The notes beneath the pieces were generated by a model. It had not been told where the DNA came from, did no database searches, and saw nothing but the letters and a program-made list of their open reading frames with translations. A stretch of DNA of 64,000 bases from Macrostomum hystrix. Lineage: Eukaryota > Animalia > Platyhelminthes. The stretch covers positions 9,920,001 to 9,984,000 of the forward strand of contig CATNEN010000003.1 of assembly GCA_950097015.1 (NCBI GenBank), in the 5' to 3' direction. This document shows, in pieces, positions 1-13,780 of this stretch (position 1 is its first letter; each line of letters opens with the position of its first letter). Position numbers and translations under genes: made by a program.

Positions 1-860
1 CATTCCTACTAGAAGAGGCCGCATAGTACATCCATGCTCTTATACAGCCAACAAACTTGGAACTTTTCTCCCCCCACATCCTCTCGAAGACTCCGTCCTG
101 TTTCCTTCCCTCCCTGGCCTCTCTTGCCATCCCCCTCTCTCACTCTCTATCTCTCTCCACCTCAGGTCTGCTCAACTGCGCTCTGAGACTGTGTGGGCTC
201 ACAGTATCGCGTTATCTCATGGCCTACGGAACGGGGGAGGGATAGAATGTGTACCTTTTCTTCCCTATCCGTCTCTGGGCAGAGATATTTTTGGCAGAGC
301 ACAACTGGATCGATAAGAAGGATTATTGAAATGAATAGGAAAATTCTGCTTCTCCGTAGGTGGATGTCAGCTAGGATAGGGAGGTTAAATATGGGGCATT
401 GGCATCTCTTATCCGAGTCGGCCTCTCTATATGTCAGCTTGGCTCAAAGCCAGACATCAGGCCTACAGTATGCCTGATTTCTGTCTTCGTTTCTGCCCTC
501 CGCTGGCTCAGACAAAACGCAGGCAACAACCGGAAGTGCGAAAATCGACTGCTGAAGGGAGAAAAAAAATAAGGAATAGGGAAATTTGTTTGTGCACTAG
601 AAGGAAGTGGGCGATAAAAATGTTGGTTTGCTATTTTTAGTTCCAGTCTAGACGAATTGTAGAGAGTCTAGGACTAGGTCAAATCGTTTACAATATGTTA
701 GCAACATCCATATAATTATTTGTTAATTTGCATGATTATCGCATCGTTGTTATCGCAAAGGACAATATCGTTTCTAACAGATTTTAGGCCATTGATAACA
801 AGGGATTGAATTCTGTCTAAATAATTCCCTGCAATATATAACACAGGAATGTAACCGTCA

Positions 861-1570
861 AACAGGTTGTTAAGCTGTCTAACAGGTTGATAAGCTGTCT
901 AACAGGTTGATGAGCTGTCTAACAGGTTGATGAGCTGTCTAACAGGTTGATAAGCTGTCCAACAGGTTGATAAGCTGGCTAACAGCTTCTAGATGAGATG
1001 TCTAACAAGTTAACAAGCTGTCTAACAAGTTGACAAGCTGTCTAACAGGTTGATAAGCTGTCTAACAGGTTGATAAGCTGTCTAACAGGTTGATAAGCTG
1101 TCTAACAGGTTGATGAGCTGTCTAACAGGTTGATGAGCTGTCTAACAGGTTGATAAGCTGTCTAACAGGTTGATGAGCTGTCTAACAGGTTGATAAGCTG
1201 TCCAACAGGTTGGTGGGCTGTCTAACAAGTTGATAAGCTGTCTAACAAGTTGACAAGCTGTCTAACAGGTTGATAAGCTGTCTAACAGGTTGATGAGCTG
1301 TCTAACAGGTTGATGAGCTGTCTAACAGGTTGATGAGCTGTCCAACAGGTTGATAAGCTGTCTAAGAGCTTCTAGATGAGATGTCTAACAAGTTAACAAG
1401 CTGTCTAACAAGTTGACAAGCTGTCTAACAGGTCGATAAGCTGTCTAACAGGTTGATAAGCTGTCTAACAGGTTGATGAGCTGTCTAACAGCTTCTAGAT
1501 GAGATGTCTAACAAGTTGACAAGCTGTCTAACAGGCTGATAAGCTGTCTAACAAGCTATTTGCTGTCTAA
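861..1570. repeat. 20-bp minisatellite (AACAGGTTGATAAGCTGTCT)n, about 35 units
   Basis: Visible tandem units; recurrent variant insert CTTCTAGATGAGATGTCT near 987, 1369 and 1492. Confidence 0.97.
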
Positions 1571-2034
1571 CAGATCACGTACAGTCTCTTGAAACTTCAA
1601 CGAATCCTTTCAGCAATGTCAAGACCTCGCAATTTCTTTCGGCTTTTCCGACAAGTAGGATTTTTCGAAAAAAAAATAATAATGAAGCCTAGTTTTCTTC
1701 TTTGAAGCCAAAAATTGGATTTTGAATCGATCAGAAATGTTTCACTTGATTGAGTTTGCCAATTTTTTTTATCTAATCCCTGATTTATGTAGTTTCGGCC
1801 ATAAAATATAATATAAAAAAGGGGTTAATTTGCGTCAGCACTACTACGCGCCTCTCGATATCAGTATAGCTATATTCGGATGCTAGTTAAAAAAAGTAAA
1901 TTTTCACAAACTCTGCTTTTTCAATCGGAATATTCACGATAAAAGTGAATAAGTTAGTTGAAGAATATTTTTATCCATAATTGATTAACACCTGCCCAAG
2001 TTAGCCACACGTGCATCTGAAGGCTGAACAGCGA

Positions 2035-2230
2035 ATGGCTGTTCGGTCCATGGACTGGTTGAACGCTGCACCCACCCTCAGTTCACCCAGCTGATGATAG
2101 TACCCATTTAACAGCTGGGTGAACTGAAGCATTGTAGGGTTAAGTGTCTAGATACATTTCTGCAGAGTCAGGAATCGAACCTCCGACCTTCAAGTCGTGA
2201 GTGCAGCGCTCTAACCAGGCTACAACCCCT
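2035..2230 (-). mobile_element. tRNA-derived SINE, family A
   Basis: Minus strand reads GGGGTTGTAGCCTGGTTAGAGCG...CTCACGACTTGAAGGTCGGAGGTTCGATTCC (A/B boxes), core CTTCAGTTCACCCAGCTGTTAAATGGGTAC, end CAGTCCATGGAC; homologous copies at 5720, 35043, 55251 and 63645. Confidence 0.85.
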
Positions 2231-3382
2231 TAAAAGAATGCATCGCATTGAGCTTGTCTAGATAGTTTTCTACATTTGGTTCTTCGATTCTTTTTTCATT
2301 TCGCGTGGGATAAGTCAGTTCCCTTTTTTTCTTTGTTCCCCCTTCACATGACAGTGCTGTTCAAGACGCAGAAGTATCCTGTCTTCTCTCCGCCACCCCC
2401 ACATTTTGCTCCCGCTTCCGTGACAAGTCGCAAATAAGACAATTTCCCTAGCTGGGGACCCAATGAAAGATCTTTTTTTAAAACAAAACTGCTGAAACTA
2501 CTAAGAGAAAAATGATCGGCGAGTATATAGGCAGTTCTCTGAGTTGGCCGAATCGAAAGTGACCAGTTTTGAAGGCCTACTTGCGTGCGGAAAAACTCAA
2601 GATCAAATAAAAGACAAACAGCGAACTGGGAAATTTCAAACACTGAAGAATGGGAAGCGGAAGACTGACACTTTAACATTCCGTGACATCCTTATAGAAA
2701 GTGCAGACACATGATCATAGACTGATTGATGGTTTGATAGTTTGATAGATTGATAGAGAAAATGGAAAATTGAGAGAATAGGAAATGCAGAAAAAAATAA
2801 TGGAAGACAAGAAATGATACGACAGAGTAGGAAAGGAAGGGAAGAAAGATAAGGTAGAAGGGATAGAAAAAGGAGGCGATTTGGGGGAAGAAAGAGGAGG
2901 AGATTTGGGGGAAGAAAAAGGAGTAGATTTGGGGAAAGAAAGATTAGAGAAATTAAAGAAAGAGAGAGTATTTTTTAACTTAAAAACGAGATTAGAACTT
3001 CGGACGTCTCTGAAGGACAGACAAATACAAGCAATCGAAGCACATCGCACAGATTTTCCTTAAAAGGCAAGCTGTGTAATTTATCTTTTCAGTCGCATCT
3101 GGCATTAAGATTTAAGAATATTCAAAATAGGAAGGATATTATTCAACAACTTCGGCTTCGGAATAAGAGACTAATTAAAAGATTGAAAAAAGAATAATGA
3201 TAAAAAGCAGATCAGCTGCAGACTCTGACACTTCTCTACGTCCCTGTGTCCCACCTGTCTCTTGGCTAATTTTCCGACTTCCTTATCTAGCTAAAAACTT
3301 CTCACAGAATGTCCCCGACTTATCTATAAGTCGCTTCAATCACACTTAAAATCCCTCTGCCTCAGTATCTGCATAACTCTAT

Positions 3383-3875
3383 GAATCTCTCTGAGTCTCT
3401 CTGAATCTCTCTGAGTCTCTCTGAATCTCTCTGAATCTCTCTGAATCTCTCTGAATCTCTCTGAATCTCTCTGAATCTCTCTGAATCTCTCTGAATCTCT
3501 CTGAATCTCTCTGAGTCTCTCTGAATCTCTCTGCATCTCTCTGAGTCTCTCTGAATCTCTCTGAATCTCTCTGAGTCTCTCTGAATCTCTCTGAATCTCT
3601 CTGAATCTCTCTGAATCTCTCTGAGTCTCTCTGAATCTCTCTGAGTCTCTCTGAATCTCTCTGAGTCTCTCTGAATCTCTCTGAATCTCTCTGAATCTCT
3701 CTGAATCTCTCTGAATCTCTCTGAGTCTCTCTGAATCTCTCTGAGTCTCTCTGAATCTCTCTGAATCTCTCTGAGTCTCTCTGAATCTCTCTGAATCTCT
3801 CTGAATCTCTCTGAGTCTCTCTGAATCTCTCTGAGTCTCTCTGAATCTCTCTGCATCTCTCTGAGTCTCTCTGAA
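3383..3875. repeat. 10-bp tandem repeat (CTGA[A/G]TCTCT)n
   Basis: Direct observation, about 49 units. Confidence 0.97.
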
Positions 3876-4172
3876 TGTCCCATAATCTCTCTGACTAATG
3901 TTGTCTGCTCCTTATTGGTGGTACTTTTCCAAAACGAGATTTATAATGAGTGAGTAACTACAGTATAATTATGTCCGAAATGATACCCAACGGAGTTTTA
4001 GCGGTCCAGCAGGCCAATTATTGTGTCTGACCTCGTAATTATTAATGACCCAAAATAATTATACAATGTTGCTATGCACTGTTCTCAGCGATGTCCTTGA
4101 TAGTTTACGCATCGAAAGTTTCTACAGAACGTCGGGCATATATAATCGTAAAATATAACTGATAGTATGAAC

Positions 4173-4661
4173 TGTGAACAGGTGAAAAATGTGAACAGGT
4201 GAACAATGTGAACAGGTGAACAATGTGAACAGGTGAACAATGTGAACAGGTGAACAATGTGAACAGGTAAACAATGTGAACAGGTGAACAATGTGAACAG
4301 GTGAACTATGTGAACAGGTGAACAATGTGAATAGGTGAACAATGTGAACAGGTGAACAATGTGAATAGGTGAACAATGTGAATAGGTGAACAATGTGAAC
4401 AGGTGAACAATGTGAACAGGTGAACAATGTGAATAGGTGAACAATTTGAACAGGTGAACAATGTGAACAGGTGAACAATGTGAATAGGTGAACAATGTGA
4501 ACAGGTAAACAATGTGAACAGGTGAACAATGTGAACAGGTGAACAATGTGAACAGGTGAACAATGTGAACAGGTGAACAATGTGAACAGGTGAACAATGT
4601 GAACAGGTGAACAATGTGAACAGGTGAACAATTTGAACAGGTGAACAATGTGAACAGGTGA
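4173..4661. repeat. 17-bp minisatellite (TGTGAACAGGTGAACAA)n
   Basis: Direct observation. Confidence 0.97.
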
Positions 4662-5350
4662 AGATCTCTGAAGGATTAGATCCCTGAAGGATTAGATCCC
4701 TGAAGCATTAGATCCCTGAAGGATTAGATCCCTGAAGGATTAGATCCCTGAAGGATTGGATCCCTGAAGGATTAGATCCCTGAAGGATTAGATCCCTGAA
4801 GGATTAGATCCCTGAAGGATTAGATCCCTGAAGGATTAGATCCCTGAAGGATTAGATCCCTGAAGGATTTGATCCCTGAAGGATTAGATCCCTGAAGGAT
4901 TAGATCCCTGAAGGGTTAGATCCCTGAAGGATTAGATCCCTGAAGCATTAGATCCCTGAAGGATTAGATCCCTGAAGGATTAGATCCCTGAAGGATTAGA
5001 TCCCTGAAGCATTAGATCCCTGAAGGATTAGATCCCTGAAGGATTAGATCACTGAAGGATTAGATCCCTGAAGGATTAGATCCCTGAAGGATTGGATCCC
5101 CGAAGGATTAGATCCCTGAAGGATTAGATCCCTGAAGGATTAGATCCCTGAAGGATTAGATCCCTGAAGGATTAGATCCCTGAAGGATTGGATCCCCGAA
5201 GGATTAGATCCCTGAAGGATTAGATCCCTGAAGGATTAGATCCCTGAAGGATTAGATCCCTGAAGGTTCAGATCACTGAAGGTTCAGATCACTGAAGGTT
5301 CAGATCACTGAAGGTTCGGATCACTGAAGGTTCAGATCGCTGAAGGTTCT
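4662..5350. repeat. 16-bp minisatellite (GATCCCTGAAGGATTA)n, directly abutting the 17-mer array
   Basis: Direct observation; last units drift to GATCACTGAAGGTTCA. Confidence 0.97.
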
Positions 5351-5719
5351 TAATCCTGAATCCTTAATGATAATTATTTTTAAGTCGTTACTAACTGAAC
5401 CGGAATGATAGTGAGAAAATTTTTCAGAAAAACTTACAAAAAAAATGTTCTGTCTAAAAATAGTTTCAAGAAGACTCGTGCCTGGAATTGCTTTGTTTAT
5501 CGGAGAACGAAGCTGCGTGATTCGTTAACAAGGCTGTCATTAGCTGCTGGCAAAAAATTATTATTGAAAGTTGTCATATAAGTGATAGTGTTAGCACCTC
5601 CTGTGTGTTACGAGTAAGAGTACATGCGAGCCGACAAAAGAATCCTGTTTTGAACCGGTTTGAAAATACGTCGCTTGCAATTGCAATGTCCAGAATTTTA
5701 TCAGTCAAGCTTATTTTAA

Positions 5720-5860
5720 GGTTTGTAGCCTGTTGGGTTAGAGCGTCGGACTCACGACTTGAAGGTCGGGGGTTCGATTCCCGAATCCACAGAAACAATT
5801 TATGTCCTTTAGCAAGACACTTAACTCTGCATCGCTTCAGTTCACTCAGCTGTTAAATAT
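5720..5860 (+). mobile_element. tRNA-derived SINE, family A (partial)
   Basis: GTAGCCTGTTGGGTTAGAGCGTCGGACTCACGACTTGAAGGTCGGGGGTTCGATTCCC followed by CTTCAGTTCACTCAGCTGTTAAAT core. Confidence 0.85.
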
Positions 5861-7134
5861 GTAATGGCTTTTATTCCTGGCCTTTGTCGATGCGGAGGTG
5901 AGTCTGTGACAGGATCAGCGATTTAATCCCAATGCGGATGCATCCATGATGCTGCTATGAAATAATAGGATTAAATGGCGGATGAGTTTAGCAAAAAATA
6001 ATTCCTTTCTTCAAAAACCCAAATGATGTGGATAATATTGTCTTGGCAGCGTCTGCTGAACAACTTCGGCATTAAGGAAGGACTTAAAACGTATTTTTGT
6101 CTGCTCAAGCCACACGTTAATAGTACACAAGGTAGGCAATAACAATAATAAATCCTAAATCTCAGGCGAAAAAGTCTTGCCAATAAACTTTGATAAGTAC
6201 AGTTGAACTAGAATGCGAAATGAAGTTAAATCTAGTGAAAAAAAACATTCATTACTGTGTAGTTTTATTTTTCTGTGAAATTGCATCGATCTATTTCAGT
6301 GTTGGTGAATTTCCGTATTTAGGACAAACACTAAAACAAACACTGAATGCTCTAAATTACCATTATTCTTATTCTATTATTCTAAACGGGATTGGACAAA
6401 GTAAAAAATAATATCTAGTTTTATCAACGCTTGCAAGCATCACATTAACACATAAAATGACAAAAACCTCAACTAATTAATGGGCATGCTTAAAACATGT
6501 TAACTTGGGGTTACTTTGAAAATTAATAATAAGTATAATAATATTCGATTCTCTCTTCTAATGTTAAATCTCTCCTGAAGTACTTATCATTTTTGGTTTT
6601 GGAAACGCCATTTTCAAAGTAAATCAAGGGGTTAATATAATATAATATAAATCTTGATGAGTTATAAAATCGAAGACAATATGACTAATTTAAATCTGCA
6701 TGTAAACTCCTTCATTAATGGCAAAAACTCTTAGAAGCACAAAACAATAACAAAAACGTACGCGATTGACACGAAAAAAGTACGAGCTATTGTGAGAAAT
6801 TTAGCGCAATTACGTAAAAAAGCTTAAAAATTGCAGCGGTTACACAAAATTTAAACAAATTTTACTGCTTTTACTACGAGTTAAAACAAAATATAACACC
6901 ATAAAAAACTGAGTCTGACGCAATCTGCTTTGATAGAAATAGTCAATATATCGATCGTTTTTTATCGTCTGTGTACTTCAAAGTAAAAATCCAAAAGGAA
7001 AGTTTTTGCAGACTTCAAAGCAACTATTTAAAACTATAGTTTAATCGCTTCAGTAAACATATTGTTGTTGATAATCTTCATTTTGGTCAATAGCTGAGAT
7101 TTCCTTTTTTTGATATGTTGTGCTCTGTTGAAGA

Positions 7135-9945
7135 TCAACAAATTCGCAATCTTCGAGCCAGACGTCGCAGCTTGGCGCGAAGTACCCGACGAAAGCGCCT
7201 GCCAACCAGGCAGTAGAGATAGAAATTAGCCGAATGGTTGGTGTACATGAGCAGCTTGGCGCTGGTCTCGATCTAAATTTGAAAATATGATAAACAATGA
7301 ACAACTACAGGACGATAACGTAAGCAGGCACACACTCACAGAATGCCTACATCTGCCCGGACTTTCTCATCGTCAGACAGTGTATACACTCTAACTTTTG
7401 CCACAGTTAGGGAGAGATGAGACAGCTAGGGAGGGATGAGACAGCTAGGGAGGGAGATGACACAGCTAGGGAGAGATGAGACAGCTAGGGAGAGATGACA
7501 CAGCTAGGGAGAGATGAGACAGCTGGGGAGAGATGAGACAGCTAGGGAGAGATGAGACAGCTAGGGAGGGAGATGACACAGCTAGGGAGAGATGAGACAG
7601 CTAGGGAGAGATGAGACAGCTAGGGAGAGATGAAACAACTGGGGAGAGATGAGACAGCTAGGGAGAGATGAGACAGCTAGGGAGAGATAAGACAGCTAGG
7701 GAGAGATAAGACAGCTAGGGAGGGAGAAGAGACAGCTAGGGAGGGAGAAGAGACAGCTAGGGAGGGAGAAGAGACAGCTACGGAGGGAGAAGAGACAGCT
7801 AGGGAGAGATGAGACAGCTAGGGAGAGATGAGACAGCTAGGGAGAGATGAGACAGCTAGGGAGAGATGAGACAGCTAGGGAGAGATGAGACAGCTAGGGA
7901 GAGATGAGACAGCTAGGGAGAGATGAGACAGCTAGGGAGAGATGAGACAGCTGGGGAGAGATGAGACAGCTAGGGAGGGAGAAGAGACAGCTAGGGAGGG
8001 AGAAGAGACAGCTAGGGAGGGAGATGAGATAGCTAGGGAGGGAGATGAGACAGCTAGGGAGAGATGAGACAGCTAGGGAGAGATGAGACAGCTAGGGAGA
8101 GATGAAACAACTGGGGAGAGATGAGACAGCTAGGGAGAGATGAGACAGCTAGGGAGAGATAAGACAGCTAGGGAGAGATAAGACAGCTAGGGAGGGAGAA
8201 GAGACAGCTAGGGAGGGAGAAGAGACAGCTAGGGAGGGAGAAGAGACAGCTACGGAGGGAGAAGAGACAGCTAGGGAGAGATGAGACAGCTAGGGAGAGA
8301 TGAGACAGCTAGGGAGAGATGAGACAGCTAGGGAGAGATGAGACAGCTAGGGAGAGATGAGACAGCTAGGGAGAGATGAGACAGCTAGGGAGAGATGAGA
8401 CAGCTAGGGAGAGATGAGACAGCTAGGGAGAGATGAGACAGCTGGGGAGAGATGAGACAGCTAGGGAGGGAGAAGAGACAGCTAGGGAGGGAGAAGAGAC
8501 AGCTAGGGAGGGAGATGAGATAGCTAGGGAGGGAGATGAGACAGCTAGGGAGAGATGAGACAGCTAGGGAGAGATGAGACAGCTTGGGAGAGATGAGACA
8601 ACTGGGGAGACAATTGATTCCAGTTCATCCAGCGATAAAATGTGTGCTAGCATCAGTTTGGGGTAGAAATTACAGTTAAGTGTGGCAGCCTCCCCAGTTC
8701 TAGGGACTTAAAAGATGTAATTTGGTACACGCAGGTGATATTCTATCTGGAAAAGAACGCTAGACAAATTACCAATCTAAACCGGACGTAGGTCTCCTGG
8801 GTGGCGCCACTTAGACGATCGCCCATCAGCGAGATCAACACCTTCAGCACGGTGATTGGCAGGGAGGTGGCTAAGAAGAAGAAGGACACCAGCAGCAGCA
8901 TGACTGTCACTTGTCGGATGCTACGGCTGCGTCTAGCGGCCTCCAGGAACCACTGCTGACGGCGTTTCGACTCCGTAGTTACTAGACGCTGGCTGGACCG
9001 GCTGATGCGGTTCTGCTGACGTCGTTTATCATTGCCAACTGTGCCCATTGTGGACCGATGCCGCAGGCTGGTCAGGCGAAACGACTCGGCGGCGGCGGCT
9101 GCGGCTGCTGCGGCCCCCGGAGATCTGGCAGCTTCTTCTGCGGTGGCCGCGGCTGCGGCGGCGTCGCCAAGAAATCGTCGAGTTGAATGGAGTCGCTTGA
9201 GGATGACGCAGTTGCATGCTAGCAGGACGCACAGAGGACTCAGCGAGTAGAGCACAAAGTCGTACCTGGCAAATTAAAAAGGAATTTGTTCCCGCGTGAT
9301 ACCTGTTCGACAGGACCATGTAGTCGTACAAAAGTCTCACACTCACCAAGCTAGCAACAGCTTCAATCCTTGAAATCTCGGCCTGAGATCGCACAGGTAG
9401 ACAGTTTCATTGTGGCCATCAGCTTTCTGGGATCCGTGCTCCTGGCCTAGCGGTACAAGGTCCAGCACCAGCAGCCAGTGCAGGTTCAGCAGCAAACACA
9501 CCAGCAGCAGTAGCGGCACGCATCGTCGAGTAAGTCCGATGGCTCGTTGCAGCCGCTTGCATGGCCACACAATGGCGAAGCGCTCTACGGCGACTGTGGC
9601 CAAACAGAAGACGGACAGGCAGGAAGCGAAGGTGAGTACGAAGTGAGTAGTGGCGCAGGCCACTGAATGTACACGCTCCAGCTGCATTCCGGTGACATTG
9701 TTGACCCACCGCCGACCTAAGCCGGTCATCAGGATCACCTGATCAGCTAAGCCGATCACAATCAGATAGACGAAGGTGCTCGAAGTCTTTTTACCGTTGA
9801 AGAGTCCCCAAGTGCTGAGCACATTGCCACAGGTGCCCAGTAATAGTAGCAGCGGACTCACGATCACTATCAGCCATTTGTGAGCACGAAATTCAGCGTA
9901 GTCTTCGTATAGAGCCTGTTCGCTTTCTTGAAGCGGCAGCACCAT
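7135..9945 (-). CDS. Rhodopsin-like (class A) GPCR, FMRFamide/myosuppressin/sex-peptide receptor-like; 3 coding exons, about 409 aa
   Basis: Exons 9945-9347, 9265-8773 and 7272-7135 with GT/AG boundaries, total 1230 nt in frame. Motifs: TM1 GTCGNVLS, TM2 LIVIGLAD, TM3 VAVERF, TM6 FFFLATSLP, TM7 LLMYTNHSANFYLYCLVGRRFR. An acceptor (TTTCAG) near 9970 implies a further upstream exon. Confidence 0.9.
7325..7395 (-). mobile_element. Fragment of SINE family B in GPCR intron
   Basis: CATCTGCCCGGACTTTCTCATCGTCAGACAGTGTATACACTC matches 44211-44250. Confidence 0.7.
7407..8610. repeat. 19/23-bp minisatellite (GGGAGAGATGAGACAGCTA)n filling the last GPCR intron
   Basis: Direct observation; a block of about 472 bp is duplicated (variant GATGAAACAACTGG at 7629 and 8101). 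Confidence 0.97.
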
Positions 9946-10000
9946 GGCGTTTTCAGTTGGCTGGTGAACTGAAAGGTAAGGTAAGGAAAGGTTGTACGGG

Positions 10001-11430
10001 AAGGTAGCTAAAGTACTGGGAAGGTAGCTGAAGTACTGGGAAGGTAGCTAAAGTACTGGGAAGGTAGCTAAAGTACTGGGAAGGTAGCTAAAGTACTGGG
10101 AAGGTAGCTAAAGTACTGGGAAGGTAGCTGAAGTACTGGGAAGGTAGCTAAAGTACTGGGAAGGTAGCTGAAGTACTGGGAAGGTAGCTAAAGTACTGGG
10201 AAGGTAGCTAAAGTACTGGGAAGGTTGCTAAAGTACTGGGAAGGTAGCTGAAGTACTGGGAAGGTAGCTAAAGTACTGGGAAGGTAGCTAAAGTACTGGG
10301 AAGGTAGCTTAAGTACTGGGAAGGTAGCTAAAGTACTGGGAAGGTAGCTAAAGTACTGGGAAGGTAGCTAAAGTACTGGGAAGGTAGCTGAAGTACTGGG
10401 AAGGTAGCTGAAGTACTGGGAAGGTAGCTAAAGTACTGGGAAGGTAGCTGAAGTACTGGGAAGGTAGCTGAAGTACTGGGAAGGTAGCTGAAGTACTGGG
10501 AAGGTAGCTAAAGTACTGGGAAGGTAGCTGAAGTACTGGGAAGGTAGCTTAAGTACTGAGAAGGTAGCTTAAGTACTGGGAAGGTAGCTGAAGTACTGGG
10601 AAGGTAGCTGAAGTACTGGGAAGGTAGCTAAAGTACTGGGAAGGTAGCTGAAGTACTGGGAAGGTAGCTTAAGTACTGGGAAGGTAGCTTAAGTACTGGG
10701 AAGGTAGCTGAAGTACTGGGAAGGTAGCTGAAGTACTGGGAAGGTAGCTGAAGTACTGGGAAGGTAGCTTAAGTACTGGGAAGGTAGCTAAAGTACTGGG
10801 AAGGTAGCTAAAGTACTGGGAAGGTAGCTAAAGTACTGGGAAGGTAGCTGAAGTACTGGGAAGGTAGCTGAAGTACTGGGAAGGTAGCTAAAGTACTGGG
10901 AAGGTAGCTAAAGTACTGGGAAGGTAGCTGAAGTACTGGGAAGGTAGCTGAAGTACTGGGAAGGTAGCTAAAGTACTGGGAAGGTAGCTGAAGTACTGGG
11001 AAGGTAGCTGAAGTACTGGGAAGGTAGCTGAAGTACTGGGAAGGTAGCTAAAGTACTGGGAAGGTAGCTGAAGTACTGGGAAGGTAGCTTAAGTACTGGG
11101 AAGGTAGCTTAAGTACTGGGAAGGTAGCTGAAGTACTGGGAAGGTAGCTGAAGTACTGGGAAGGTAGCTAAAGTACTGGGAAGGTAGCTGAAGTACTGGG
11201 AAGGTAGCTTAAGTACTGGGAAGGTAGCTTAAGTACTGGGAAGGTAGCTGAAGTACTGGGAAGGTAGCTGAAGTACTGGGAAGGTAGCTTAAGTACTGGG
11301 AAGGTAGCTTAAGTACTGGGAAGGTAGCTGAAGTACTGGGAAGGTAGCTGAAGTACTGGGAAGGTAGCTTAAGTACTGGGAAGGTAGCTTAAGTACTGGG
11401 AAGGTAGCTGAAGTACTGGGAAGGTAGCTA
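10001..11430. repeat. 20-bp minisatellite (AAGGTAGCT[A/G/T]AAGTACTGGG)n, about 71 units
   Basis: Direct observation; essentially one variable position. Confidence 0.98.
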
Positions 11431-12533
11431 CTAAAGTAGTAGAAGTTGTTTTCAATACCTCACACTAAGAAGGCTGTTAGTTGAATAATTAGAAAGGAGG
11501 AGAAGTAATTGATCGGCAGTTTGATTTGCTTGGCAGAATAATATAGTTGCTAAGGTCACTAATTATTGTGTTTATGGATTTTTTTCACGACCACTTAGCC
11601 TTAAGCAATTATATTGGGATCATTAAAACAGGAAGCAGTAAAGTTGCGACGCTCTGAAGGAAAAACAATGACGCACAATTTCGTGAGACGCCTCGGAAAG
11701 AGTTTTGGCAGGTCGACCGTATGTTGGGGAAATAATTTTTATGGTGCACACGAAAGCGCTTAAAGATTAACTTGTCTCACAGATATTTCTAAATCTTCCC
11801 AAACTGCCTTGCAGCTTGTGTACAAACTCCAAACAGACCAACAGACAACTCGACAGACACAATCCACGCAAATAGCGAAAACCATAAACTCAATTTATAG
11901 CCTTATTAACTATGGGATTATTCTTAAAAATGAAATGGACTATAGCAACAAGCAGGCTTACCGTTTCACAATGAGCTGTCAGAAATCAGTGAATCGACTG
12001 ACTCGAGACTCAGTCTTTTGATTAAAAATTATTATTGAGCCAATCGATGAGCAAGTCTCGTTTGATTGGTCAGATCAAAACAGGAATAGCGAAATACGAA
12101 TTTCTCGATTCTTCTCGAGGAGAATCGGGGCGAATTCCCCCTGCCTACTTTTGCCCAACATGATATCCTGACGTATTTAGATCTTGAGTAGCCTGTGCAA
12201 TAGTCTATAGATGCTCAAATTAAATTGTTTAGCTCTACAGGAAGCGATACGTAAAATTTTAAAAGCTTATAATTCGAAGCATAATTATAGTAAGGACTTG
12301 ATTCATGCCCTCAATGTGTTCTCAACTCCGTTTAGTCGCTAAGCACTATTGGCTAGGATCATGCAAATTGTTTTCTATGCACCATATGATTGCCATCAAT
12401 CTCCATTTCTCCTTCGCCCAACTCGCTTTAACTGTGGAACTATCACGAAGGTATTTCAAATACCCAGTTTTTTCTGCATTCCGAAAAATATTCAAACAAT
12501 CGCAACGAAAATCCCTAACACGGGCTATAATTT

Positions 12534-13780
12534 TCCACACCCTCAAATTCTTCCCAATCCTCCACACCCTCAGATTCTCCCCCATCCTCCACACCCTCAA
12601 ATTCTTCCCAATCCTCCACACCCTCAGATTCTCCCCCATCCTCCACACCCTCAGATTCTCCCCCATCCTCCCACACCCTCAGATTCTCCCCCATCCTCCA
12701 CACCCTCAGATTCTCCCCCATCCTCCGCAGACTCACATTCTCCCCCATCCTCCACACCCTCAGATTCTCCCCCATCCTCCACACCCTCAGATTCTCCCCC
12801 ATCCTCCACACCCTCAGATTCTCCCCCATCCTCCACACCCTCAGATTCTCCCCCATCCTCCCACACCCTCAGATTCTGCCCCATCCTCCACAGACTCAGA
12901 TTCTCCCCCATCCTCCACACCCTCAGATTCTCCCCCATCCCAAGCAGACTCAGATTCTCCCCCATCCTCCGCAGACTCAGATTCTCCCCCATCCTCCACA
13001 CCCTCAGATTCTCCCCCATCCTCCACACCCTCAGATTCTCCCCCATCCTCCACACCCTCAGATTCTCCCCCATCCTCCGCAGACTCAGATTCTCCCCCAT
13101 CCTCCACACCCTCAGATTCTCCCCCATCCCAAGCAGACTCAGATTCTCCCCCATCCTCCGCAGACTCAGATTCTCCCCCATCCTCAACACCCTCAGATTC
13201 TGCCCCATCCTCCACAGACTCAGATTCTGCCCCATCCTCCACAGACTCAGATTCGCCCCCATCCTCAACACCCTCAGATTCTCCCCCATCCTCCGCAGAC
13301 TCAGATTCTCCCCCATCTTCCGCACCCTCAGATTCTCCCCCATCCCAAGCAGACTCAGATTCTCCCCCATCCTCCGCAGACTCAGATTCTCCCCCATCCT
13401 CAACACCCTCAGATTCTCCCCCATCCTCAACACCCTCAGATTCTCCCCCATCCTCCGCAGACTCAGATTCTCCCCAAACCTCCGCAGACTCAGATTCTCC
13501 CCCATCCTCCACACCCTCAGATTCTCCCCATCCTCCACACCCTCAGATTCTCCCCATCCTCAACACCCTCAGATTCTCCCCCATCCTCCACACCGTCAGA
13601 TTCTCCCCTATCCTCCACACCCTCATATTCTCCCCCATCCTCCACAGACTCAGATTCTCCCCCATCCTCCACACCCTCAGATTCTCCCCCATCCTCCACA
13701 CCCTCAGATTCTCCCCCATCCTCCACACCCTCATATTCTCCCCCATCCTCCACAGACTCAGATTCTCCCCCATCCTCCAC
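12534..13780 (+). repeat. 27-bp minisatellite (CCTCAGATTCTCCCCCATCCTCCACAC)n
   Basis: Direct observation; generates spurious long ORFs. Confidence 0.96.

Noticed and set aside
3336-4648. Repetitive ORFs (QRDSER.., FTCSHC..)
   Set aside because: Translations of the 10-bp and 17-bp tandem repeats
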